Assembly (NCBI RefSeq): GCF_000143415.4
Contig: NW_003314314.1
Span: forward strand, 1,307,771-1,371,770
Source of the DNA: Selaginella moellendorffii
Lineage: Eukaryota > Plantae > Lycopodiophyta
Length of the DNA stretch: 64,000 nucleotides
Direction: 5' to 3'
Positions 12,940-24,444 of this stretch are shown in pieces. Both the position numbers and the translations under genes were made by a program. The notes below the pieces were generated by a model, which searched no databases, had not been told where the DNA came from, and saw only the letters and a program-made list of their open reading frames with translations. The first letter of the stretch is position 1, and each line of letters opens with the position of its first letter.

Positions 12940-15900
12940 GATTTATAGGGTCCCATGATCAAGTTTAATTGTATCAAGGGATGTTAAAAATTTAGAGGCT
13001 TGGTGTGCTTGGCTGCTTATGCTGTGAGGAGTGTAGTTGAACCTTAAGCCCAGTCTAACCTAGGGAGGGCGATTGGGAGAGATTTGGGAATCCGTGGATG
13101 GATGGCTAATGCTCCATTGCTCGTGTAGTAAGTAGCTGAAACCAAGTAGGACCAAGTAAGAGCTAGTACAATAAGTGGGAACCATGGTGAGGGAACTTAG
13201 CTAAGGCCAAGGTAGTGTTGGTCAAATAGATGAGGTAAGCTAACAAATTGGAAAGGAAAAATTTATGGCTTACAATTTGGTATCAGAACCTTTTCCTCAG
13301 TTCTAGCGAAGGATAGAGGTGGATTGTTGGGAGATGGCAAAAGCAGGGTGTAATAAAACCATGGCGGAGATGGAACCTCCTCCAAAGCTGAAGCTTCCGG
13401 TCGAACAAAAAGTTATGGATGAGAAATCCTTGCATGAGGAGGACTCCAGTGAGGAAACTTCCAAATAGGAATCTGGTGGTGAGGTTCAGTCATCAAAGGC
13501 TCGACTGGACATTCTAGAAGGATAATTGGCACAGACCAATGCCCTATTAGAGACTCTCGTACACAAGCTAAAGAGTGATGAGAAGCAGAAGAAATGAAAG
13601 ACTTCAGATGCTGGTAATATAGAAGGCGTGGACCCTTCGGTGGGGATTGAGGCGGAACCAAACAAGGGAATGTCTATACCTAAAGAAGGCCAAAGCCAAT
13701 ATAGCCATTAAATTGGGTGAAATCTAAATTGAGGGATGTGATTCAATCCCTAGTTCAAAGTTACTCATTACATGAGCAATTTTGGTAGAGAGTCGTTTGC
13801 GACATTTACTAGCCCTCTGAGGGAAGGTCGAAGGTAGCTTTGTTATCTTTATTGACATTATTAAGGCGTGGCCACTAAGAGAGAGAGAGAGTGAGAGAGA
13901 GAGGGAATATTCTAGTCCTTGGAATAGTCCCCATCTTCCTTGTATAAAACCCTTGCCCCACAAGGGCAACGGGGGGCGGGGGAGGTGCCCCTCCTTCTCC
14001 CAACAAATGGTGAACCTAGTGTGACGTGCAGCACTTTCTGAGGCGTTATTTCTCTCTTTTTCTTTTGGCCACAGACTTTGGGAGGGAATTCCTTGTTTGT
14101 CTTGCGGTGGTTTTGTTTGATCTTGGGCGTGTTGGATAGGTTTGGAGCTCCTTTTTCCAGCAAGGTATAGCACTTATCAAGCCGTGTGGTATTTGAAGAG
14201 ATACAACGTTTCTTGGCTTGGTTTGAGGAATAGTTTGGGGTTTTCACTTTCTCACCTATATCTTCGGCCCAATTTCTCAAAGTAGTGCATTTGGGCTTGT
14301 AGATTTGACCTATATCTATGAGTAGTGGTGATTTTTGGTGCTAAATTTGGCTAAATTGATGGCATGCAAGAGGATTTTCTTCTCTGGCTAGATTGGGTCA
14401 TCTTTATAGCAGGAATTCATGCTCCTCCAGGCTTTATTTTGGATGCCATTTGTTTCTAGAGGTGCTCCTTGTCCTAGGCTTTCCAGAAATACCAACAATG
14501 CCTTAGTATCAATCTACATCACAAACATGCACATGTTTTTCCACAATGTTGGCATTCTGGCTACCTCTTCGTGGATTTTGGGGACTATTGAGGTGGCTTC
14601 TTCCAAAATTCCTACGATAGAGGGTAGACAAGGCTGAGCCCTTTCCAACGAGCCCACCAACAGTCAAAATGGAGAAGGATCGAGACCAGAGGACTCATTT
14701 TTCTCTTTTGGGTTAAACTTTGTTGGGAGTTCCTTGGGAATGAAGCAATCTTCAAGGAACAGGTAGGCATAGGAACAGGAACAGGAGTTGGCATAGGAAC
14801 AGGGACAGTAGGAGCGGGCGTAGGAGTAAGAGTGAGAGCAAAGGGTTACCGGTTATAGATTATAGGTCCCCAATTATTAGTTACGAGTTATTGGTTACCA
14901 GCTACTCTAGCAGCTACTCCAGTAGCTACTCCGGTGGCTACTTTGGCAATTACCCTACGGATCTATAGTTATGTGTGCTTGAGGCTTACATTGCCTTCCA
15001 TTTTGACCCTTATTTATCTTCATCACAGGCATTTTGGGCAACTTTGAGCAACTTGAGCACTAACCTACAGTCTTCTTGCCCCTGTCAAGCCAATTGCCTT
15101 GACCGGGCATTTGTAATGTTCAAGGTATTTGATGGTGGTACAAACTAGACATGCGACAAATTGGCACCCTTTTACCATACCTCAAGGCCCTAAGGTACGG
15201 AGTAAACTTTCTACCATCCAAAAGCAATTGAGGTACGACACAACACCTTCTCGGGCCGAGTCCTCTTCATCTTCGCCAAATTCCAGTGACTTAGATTTAT
15301 GAGCTATGGCACAACCACCTTTAGCTCGACCTCAGCTCCATATTATGCAAAAGGGGAGTGATCTGCCGACCTTCTCAGGTGTTGGAACAATCTCTCCAAC
15401 ATCGCATATTAGTCACTTTGATTACTATTGCACCACAAACATGATCGTCGATGATGATCATATGTGCTGCGACTTCTTCCAGTCTCTTGAAGGCAAAGAA
15501 ACAACTTGGGCAGTTCCTCTCTTCCCAGAGGACCAGACAGACTTCCAGACACTACTTGCTTCTTTTAGAGAATGCTTCGTTGAAGAAAAACCCACAAATC
15601 GGCTACTTGTCGACCGCTTTTTGTTCTGGCAGGGTGCTCACGAGTCTGTTGTTGACTACGTCACCTAGTTTCGAGCATACTAGAAGCAGTGTTGGGATTG
15701 TAGAGTGGTCCAAGATGAGCAATAGGGGATCACAGCATTCACAGTAGGTCTGTGTGGGAACTTGTAGCGGAAACTTTTTAAGAAGACATTCAGGTCTTGC
15801 CACGAGGCATTTTCATTTGCCACGAAGCTAGAAAAAGAGTTTGTTGTCCACTTGGGGATTGCTAGGGTTGATTTCGACCAAGCCATCACCCCATTAGAGT

Positions 15901-18900
15901 CACCTTGTGCAACTATTCACCCGTCCACAACAAAACCCGTCGCTATTGAGTATACACCTTCAGTTATTGAGAACTTTGCCAACGAGATGCGGCAACTGAA
16001 GGAGATCATTCTTCAGTAGCAATCACACCATGACAAACTGCTCTAGGAGCTGGTGGAGTCCAGGAAAGAGGCCACTACAGCTTGGGAATGCATATTTAAA
16101 TCCTGTTGATGCACTCACTAAGAGACGAGCACAACACATAGCGTTGCTTCAGGCTTCACCTAGAGCTTCGGCCTCCATCTTCTCAACGTGTCGAACAGCA
16201 TCCCTTCGCTGATAATTCCACATCCTCTTGGGGTTCAGAGACATATCAGGAGCAGTTGGAGCAACAAGCAATGAAGGTGGCCCCTTCGTCAAGCAAAGGC
16301 AAGGCACCAGCCTCATCGGTCAAAATGATTTTGGTAGCCGAGGAACTCTATAGGCAACAGCAGCAAACCACAACCACTCGAGCCCAAGCGAAGAAGAAGA
16401 CACTCGCTCAGCCTGCCACAAATCCCCCAGTGCCGGTTGAGAGTGAATCTCTGTTGGCACCAGATCTAGTGACACAGAGGATGGCTTGTAAGCTCCCCTT
16501 CAAGTCACTACTCTCTTCTCCTCCTGAGATCTCACCAACTGCTATTCCTGTTTTGGAGCCGGTTCTTCAACAGCTAGTTGACACTCCCATCACCTTTTCG
16601 CTCCGAGACATGTTGTTTCTTGTCCCAGGGTTCAGCCAGCGTTTAGAGGAGTTTGCACGGTCAGGAACACTAGAGAGCATTCTCAAGAGGACTCCTCAAG
16701 AGGTGCATATTGTCGACATGACAAGATATGGTGGAGATCCTAGTCCATTCTTCGTCTTAGTGGAGATTGGTACTTCCTTTTTTAGGATGGATGCTTTGGT
16801 TGACTCTGGTTCTGGAAGCAACATTATCTCTCTTGAAGGTGCCCTTTCAGCACAGCTATAGATCATTGAGAGCTCCTCCATCGTGCTCAAGACCTTTGCC
16901 AACCACACTGTTCCTCCAGCGAGCATTTGCTATAGTGTCAAGGTCTTTGTGTAGGGTGTTATTTCTAAGGTGGATTTCCTCATGGTTGACTACCAATGCC
17001 TCAGAACATCCTCATTGAAGGACTCTATCATCCTTGGCTGCTCATGGCAAGTCACAGCCCATTGCACCATTGACAGCGCAAAAGGCAAGATGGAAATTAG
17101 CGATGGAACCCACAGTGCCACCTTTCTCAACAACCACGACAGAGCTCTTTCTTAGCAAGCCCAACAGGCTCAGACTAAGATGGCCTCCACACCATACTTT
17201 CCTCCTGAGCTCACAAAGGTTTTTCCTGAGTTGGCGGTCGAATCAACTATCTATATGACTGATGCTTTCTCATGCAGTGCGATTGACATGGTTGGAGGTG
17301 AGTCAGATAGCTCGAGACATCTCTCAGCTTCATTCTCTTTATTTGAGAGTAAGGCCGAGCCCTTCGCCACGCCCTCTTTATTTGATGGCGGGGCTTATAG
17401 GGTACGAGCTTATTTTGACGGTGCTTTCTACCCCAAAAACCAGGTTGTCGGCATTGGAGTTTGGATGATTGATTCTGTAGAGAACAAAGTAGTTGACCTC
17501 TCTATCACCTTGCCAGCAACATCAGCTAATGAAGCAGAGTACTTGGCGGCTATCAGTGCCATGAAGTTGGCCACAGATCTCAAGTTTAGGCGAGTCAGTT
17601 TTGTTGGAGATGTGCAACTCATCATATGCCAACTTACTGGAGAGTACCAAGTCCGCAAAGAGAACCTGAAAGAGCTATGGCAGCGGGCGGTCAACCTGAA
17701 GGGGGCATTTTTGGGAAGAGCATTGAAGCATTTCTCATCTTTGAGTGAGTGTTGGGGGAGGTGCCCCTCCTTCCCCCAACAACACGAGTGTTTCGGATAA
17801 TTTTGTGGCTGTAGATATAGTCCAGCAAGCCAGACTAATGGTGCAGCAGCTGAGTGAACCAAGGACTATAGAGTTTGTTCAAGGTAGCAAAAGCACCAAT
17901 GAAGTACTTCGACAAGCAAGAGTTAAATTTGGGACATAGAAAGTAGATATGGATTTCACCATGTTGGATATAGCGGGATTTGATGAAATTTTCGGGATAG
18001 ATTGATTCAATCAGTTTGTGGTAGCTTTGCATGGACAAGGTAGAAACCTTGTGGTACTGGCTAATGCCCGAGGAGAACGATCTAGGGTGGAGGCCTAGGA
18101 TCTAAAGGTAGGGCAATGTAAGGCCAAAGACTCTTGCTTGAACCTGGTGTTTATGAGAGGATAACTCACTAAAGGAACCAAGGCAACATTTTTGTGGTTA
18201 CTTTCGGTAAGGAGTAATAAAAAGACAGGAACAAAAGAAGTGCCTTTAGTGATCTAGCAGGTGTTGGACCAATTCCAAGACACCATGCCGGAAGAGTTGC
18301 CGGCGAGGTTACCCCCTGAACGATTGATAGGCACAAGATCGAGTTGGTTGAGGGTGCTAAGGTAGTGATTCGTGCCCCCTATCGGTTGAACAAAAAGGAA
18401 CTCGAGGAGCTCAAATGCTAACTTGAGCAGTTGGTGGAAAAAGGGTATGTTAGGTTGAGCAAGTCACTGTATGGTGCATCAATGTTATTTGTGAAAAAGA
18501 AATATGGATCTATATGCGCGTAGACTACTGGTTGTTCAACAAGTATACAAAGAAAAACAAATACCCTTTACCAAGGATTCAGAACCTATTCGATAGATTG
18601 GGAAAAGCGAAATACTTCTCAAGGATCAACCTAAAGTCAGGATACTACTAGATTAGGGTAGCAGAGGAAAATGTCAATAAAACAACTTCTCGAACAAGGT
18701 ACGGAAGCTTTGAGTTTCTGGTGATGCCTTTTGCGCTATGCAATGCACCAACAACATTATCAGCATTGATGAACCACATTTTTGTAGTCTATTTAGATCA
18801 TTTCATGGTTGTTTACATTAACGACATCTTGATCTATAGCGACACGCTAGAGGAGCATGCCAAACACTTGACAAAGGTGTTTGAGAAACTAAGGAACACC

Positions 18901-20128
18901 AGTTGTATACTAAAGAGAGTAAATGTGACTTTACTCAATAAAAGGTAAAGTTTCTTGAGCATGTGGCGGGCAAGGATGGGCTCAAGGTGGACCCTGAAAA
19001 GGTCTAAGCAATCCAGAAAAGGGAACAACCATCAAATGTACACGTGTTAAGGGCATTCTTGGGGCTATGCAACTATTACCAAAAGTTTATCAAACACTAT
19101 TCGAGAGTAACTCTGCCTTTAGTGGACCAAATGGGAAAAGGGAAGATGGTATAGACAACAAAATATGAGGTGTCATTTGTCCACCTCAAAGGGAAGTTGA
19201 GGAAGGCTCTCGTGTTGGCATTACCAAACTTTGGTAAGAACTTTGAGGTAGAAACAGATGCTTCAGACTTGGGATTGGGCATAGTATTGAAACAAGACAA
19301 CTATCCAGTAGCGTTCTTCTCGAAGAAGTTGGAGAACGCTCAGCGAAAGTGGCTTGTCCATGAGAAGGAATTGTTTGCGGTGGTCAAGACACTCAAGGAG
19401 TGGCGACACTACCTTGGGAGGCACTTCAAAATTTACACGGATAATATGGTAATAAAACACTTCTTGTCATAGCCCAACTTAAGAGAGAAACAACGTCAGT
19501 GGGCCAATGCTTTGGCCAAATTTGATTGCAAGATTTTGTATAAATCTAGGAAGAGCAACATCGTAGCGGATGTTCTAAGTCAAAAAGTGAGCTTGAAGTT
19601 GGCGATATCCAACACGATAACAACCTTTTGGGATGATGTGTAAACAGCATATGACAACAATGGTATAGCACAAGAAGTGTTGCTGAGGAACCAAGAGGAG
19701 TGGGAAGCTCACCAAAGAGATGAGTTCCTAATAGGAGTGAAAATAGGTTATGCAGAACGCAATGGACTCATCGATTTTATACAAATGAGGGTGTATGTTC
19801 CAGAAGGGGAATTAAGGAAGGTAGCCTAAGAAGAGTGTCATGATGGACCTCTTGCGGGATACCCCAAAACTATGGGCTTATTCAAGAGGAAGTATCACTA
19901 GCTAGACATGGCTAAGGATGTCCAAGACTATGTAAAGACATGTTCAACATGTTAGCAAGTTGAAGCCGTGACTAAGGCTACTGGGGGCTTGTTATAAAGC
20001 ATACCAATCCATGCAAATGTCTTACAATGGACTTCATTATGGGACTCCCCTCAAGTGAGGGGTTTGATGGAATATTCGTGGTGGTGGACTGATTTTGGAA
20101 GATGGCATATTTCATACCCACCACAAAA
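12940..20128 (+). mobile_element. Degenerate chromovirus-type Ty3/gypsy element (LTR-B family): LTR end, Met PBS, gag, PR, RT, RH, INT
   Basis: LTR ends TACA at 13274, then TGGTATCAGA PBS. RT motifs MPFALCNAP and VVYINDILIYS (18721-18948), RH motif FEVETDASD (19170-19472), integrase cut by the TIR at 20129. Confidence 0.85.
13859..17781 (+). mobile_element. Nested Tat-like Ty3/gypsy element (gag, protease, RNase HI-type aRH), internally deleted
   Basis: It splits the host protease motif (ATTGACAT|...|ACACGAGTG). The short 5' LTR ends CAACA at 14005 and is followed by TGGTGAACC (Trp-like PBS). Also gag 15306-15900, protease ALVDSGS (~16790), RNase H YFDGAF...NEAEYLA...GDVQL (17400-17720) and an LTR remnant at 17750-17781. 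Confidence 0.75.
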
Positions 20129-20578
20129 GCTCTATTTCGTTAAAGTGGGAATTGTCATTATCCCACTTGTAAAATAAGGTTTCGAAACCTTTATATAGTA
20201 TATAAATATAATAAAATTCAACTGCATTGAGGCACATGCCATTTTATTTTAAACAAGGAAATGTCTACTCAATCACTTCTCCTCCCCCTGCCACTGCTTC
20301 ACCTCTCTCTTCTCCTTGTCATCGTCGTCCAATTTTTTTCCATCCTTTTAATATTGGCTCAGTTGCTCCGAGTCTAGGTGGAGTCCAAGTCCCCATTCAA
20401 TCTTTACTTTCCCCTTATTAATAAAACAACTTCGTAGACTTCCAATAACATGCTGTAACACGCTGTAACACTTCTAGTATAATGCAAATCCTCTCAAAGA
20501 ATTGTCTTTTAATATTAATACAATGGCATGGAACCCCATGCCATAATAAGTTACATTTTTAAATAAATACATGCCATC

Positions 20579-23500
20579 TCAGATTGTTATTTTTTGCCTC
20601 CAACGCCTATACAATAATCTTGGAATTTCATCACTCTCCACACTATCAGGATTTAAACCCAATAGTAATGCCATCTCTTCTCTAATACGTCCACGCTCAT
20701 GTTCAGTGGTCGAAGAACCCATCCGGTTGAGCAGATTATGGAGATGCGGATAGTGCTTGGCTAGACAATATACATGCTATAAATGATGACTGGTGTCTGT
20801 CCGATCAAATGGCTTCTGATATATCGTTCCATCTGCCATTTGGTTGATTTCTGCAGCCACCTCCTGGATTGGCCGGTTCTCTATCACCATCGCTCCAGCC
20901 GTTTTGCAAGGTCCCCCAGAACATACGGTTTCTTCTCCCTAGTTTCCATACTGCAAGAGATGGGGTGCACTGCATATGTTTGCGTGTTCGCTGCAGTTTT
21001 AATCGGCGAGTCATCGATGATGAGGATTTCACTTGACCTAGCAGTCCGGTTCATCACTACAGCCTCTGGCTTGACGAAGATGGGCTTGCTACCCCTCACA
21101 TGGACCATAGTCAAGCAATCCTCCTGCATTAGGAGAAAGTCAAATGGTAATATTACTTGCGTCTGATCGTGCATCATCTGTAGCAACGTTAATGCATTGT
21201 GGCGCATCATGGATGTCCAAACTCCCAATTGCAAATTGAACCCGGCCCTCTGTTTTAAGTGTCGCATGGTCATTATTAGATCCCGCAGTTTCTCCCGTGT
21301 GATTAATGTGAATCTGTCTCTTTTGACCAACTTGCGACCGCAGGCTTTGGAGGGTGCAGTGACATTCGAGGATGAGCCACGCTCATGGGAGAAAAGGACA
21401 CCGTTCAGATCAAAAATGATACAGTACCTTCGCCGTGACTCTGAAATGAAATGCGTCAGCATAAAAAATGGTACAAGTCAATTTTACCATCTACAACATT
21501 AGCGAATGGTGCTCCCGATGGTCGTTGAGAGGGTTTTAGTCGAGGAAACGTGAAGGGCGGAAATACTCTCCTCTGCAATGTGGGGTCAATCGCATCCGAT
21601 GGCGTGTGGGCACATGCCATTTCAGCTGTAGACTCTGGTACAACTGGCTCAACAATGGCATGGGGTGGTTCCGATGGCGTGTGATCACATGCCATTTCAG
21701 CTGGTGCCTCCGTTGGCAAAGTGGACATGACCGAACAGGCAGCAGGGGCGGTGTAGGGAGGTTCCAACGGCGCGTAGTCAGACGATTGGGCACACGTTGA
21801 GTTCGTTGGAAATGAGGATACAACCGGCTCGGCGGCTGGGGCGGCCTCATGCGGGTCCAATGGCGCCTGGTCACCGTCAGTTGGATACGTGGACAAGATT
21901 GACTCAGTGGTATGGGCAGCATCAAGTGGAGCGGATCCATATGCATGTCCAAATATCTCCCTTCGATTGAGATGGTATCCTCCCGTGCTACTAAAAACAA
22001 ACTCATTAGCACATTGAATCGATTATACTGTATTTACCATCAACTGCTATTGAGGAACTAGGACCGATATCACTTGGGCGCACTGCTGATTCTGAAGGAT
22101 TGGACATACGTTTCGACCCTTGCTTGGCACTATCCTTCCTCGACACTAAAGGCTAGAGTTTGTATCTTAATTCAACTGAATAATCTCTACTTACCATTTG
22201 CTCTGCAACCTACATGGACAATGTTAGAAATGGTAAAAGGTTAGGAATGGATGTACTATTATTTACCTGATGGTTTGTCTTGTATGACCTTCCTCCGCTG
22301 CTCTTTGGCCACCTCAGGCTGGCCATCGTCGTCATCATCGTTGTCGTCGTTATTGTGATCGTCACCATTGTGAGGACCATCCAAGTCCTCTTCGTCCTCC
22401 TCTTCTTCGTCCTCCTCTTCTTTGTCCTCCTCTTCGTCCTTCTGCTCTTCCTGCTCATTATCTTTCTCTGGCTCCTCATCCCCCTCCTGCATTTCTTCCA
22501 TAGGCTGCTCAGGCTGGATAGCTTGTTTTTCCAGGACCATCTTGGGAAAATCATCTGGCCGAGTCTCGTTCTCAAAATACAAGACATCCATAGCCTGTTT
22601 TAGTGCGTGACCTAGGACCGTATCCTCACCCGACTGTCTTAACATGGTTTCTGCACGTTCTTGCACCCTTCGAAGACGACGAGATGAGAAAAACGTGGCC
22701 CTGACTTGAAAAGCATCCCTCATCCATTGTACCTCTCCATTGAGATTGGGGAAGGGGAGTCAGCCATAGGAATCTGAGTCAGGAGGTGGTGACTGGCTGC
22801 TTTCACTCAGCCCTTGATCTGCAATGAATGGCATGAGCACACACGCCATAACCGCGAGGCATTACCTATCATCTTTTCATTGCCCTTCTTCTTTTTCGAA
22901 TCAAACGCCTCTGATCCCGACGACTGTCCAACGTGCTTTCGCTTTTTATGACCACTGTCAGTTTGAGCTTGATCTGCAAGAAATGGCATGAGGACCCACG
23001 CAATAACCATGATGCTTTACTTCCTGTCCTTGGAGGCTCTGTCGTGCCTTCCGCATCCTCAGGTGCCTGCTCCTCAATTCCCTTTCGCTTTCGTTTCTTA
23101 TGCGCCCGTTCTACAGAAATAGCATGAGGACATACGCGATAAGCACACAAATGCTTTTACCCTTCCTCCTCTGCCTTGGTCGGTTGTCCATCTCTTTGTC
23201 TACAGCGTCTGAAAGCTGTTTTGCAGGTAGCCTAATTTGAGGTTCACGACGTCTCCTTGGCACTTGAACTGTATATTATTGCATCAACACATGCAACATC
23301 CCATTATATTTTTAAGTTACCTTTCATAAAGTTTTCCATTGGTTCAACTCGTTCCCCTGAAATACAAACTTAGATAAGTGCATGGGGCCATATGTCATGA
23401 TCGTACCTGTTTCGGAACTCTCCTTATCACTCTCCGAGGCCTCCCCCTCCTCCACTGGAGGCACGTTGTTCCGTTCGATTTCCTCGACGCGATCTGCAAG

Positions 23501-24444
23501 AACATTAGTTAATTGCATGGGGCCACACGCCATCAAACCTTCAGGTTCTTGTCGTGAGGTTTGCGCTGCTTGCCCTAGTCTCTTTGGAATTTGAGCTGCA
23601 AGAAGCAATGGCATGAAAATTCACGTATAACAAAAATGATTGGTACCTCTCGTCCGTTGTACTTGGTTGGTGCTTGCCTGTTTTGCCTTTGAAGAAGTGT
23701 CTCTTGCAAGGAATGGCATGAGACCACACGCCATTGCAAATATAATTTGTACCTCCTTTTTTCCTATTGCTTGTCTGTTTGTCCTTCTTCGATGCACCAC
23801 CAGTGCGCTTTTCAGTCCTCGTGTCTGAATATTCACAACGATCTATAATCAAAATGGCGTGAGGCCTCACGTGACCTTACCTTGTGCAGGTTGTGAGCTC
23901 GGCCCAACATGGGTATCTTCAACAGTAGCTGTTAACGCTGTTTCAGCATCTGGGGGTGGCCATGCTCCTGCATACAGAGCTTGTGAGATAACATTTAAAC
24001 TTAAAGTGCGTACTCACCAGGTTCGCAGAGAAGATACTGTTTTTCTTTGGCAACTGTAATTATATGCTCCATTGAAGTCACCTCTTCAATGGAGTTTGTC
24101 ACCGCAACACACGGGACACCCTTGAGTAGTGCAGCTCGAAAGAATAGTCCGCTGCAGTTGTACTCAACAACGCATTTGCCCTTGGAGTCGGAAGCAGGTG
24201 ACCCACCCGCTATTGCGTTGAAGACCCAGCTGAGCATTTCCCATGCTGCACTTGGAGCTTTCTCTGGATTCGAAAGCTCCATAGCCGTCTTCAGTTCCTT
24301 AGGCACGGGTAAATTGACCTCCCTCAGATCAATTCGATCGGCCTTATCGAACGAAGCTGGGAAGTCACTCCAGTCCCACTCTGCTGCAGGACCAATAACA
24401 AGGGCGAGTGTGAAGATGCGGACATTCGTCGGTATCTTCTTCTT
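20579..24444 (-). pseudogene. 3' half of cargo gene (copy B) with the most complete FCP1/NIF HAD phosphatase domain
   Basis: CIIFDLNGVL, LGVWTSM and LIIDDSPIK motifs (ORF 20884-21462). It contains many short introns and exons missing from copy A. Confidence 0.75.
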
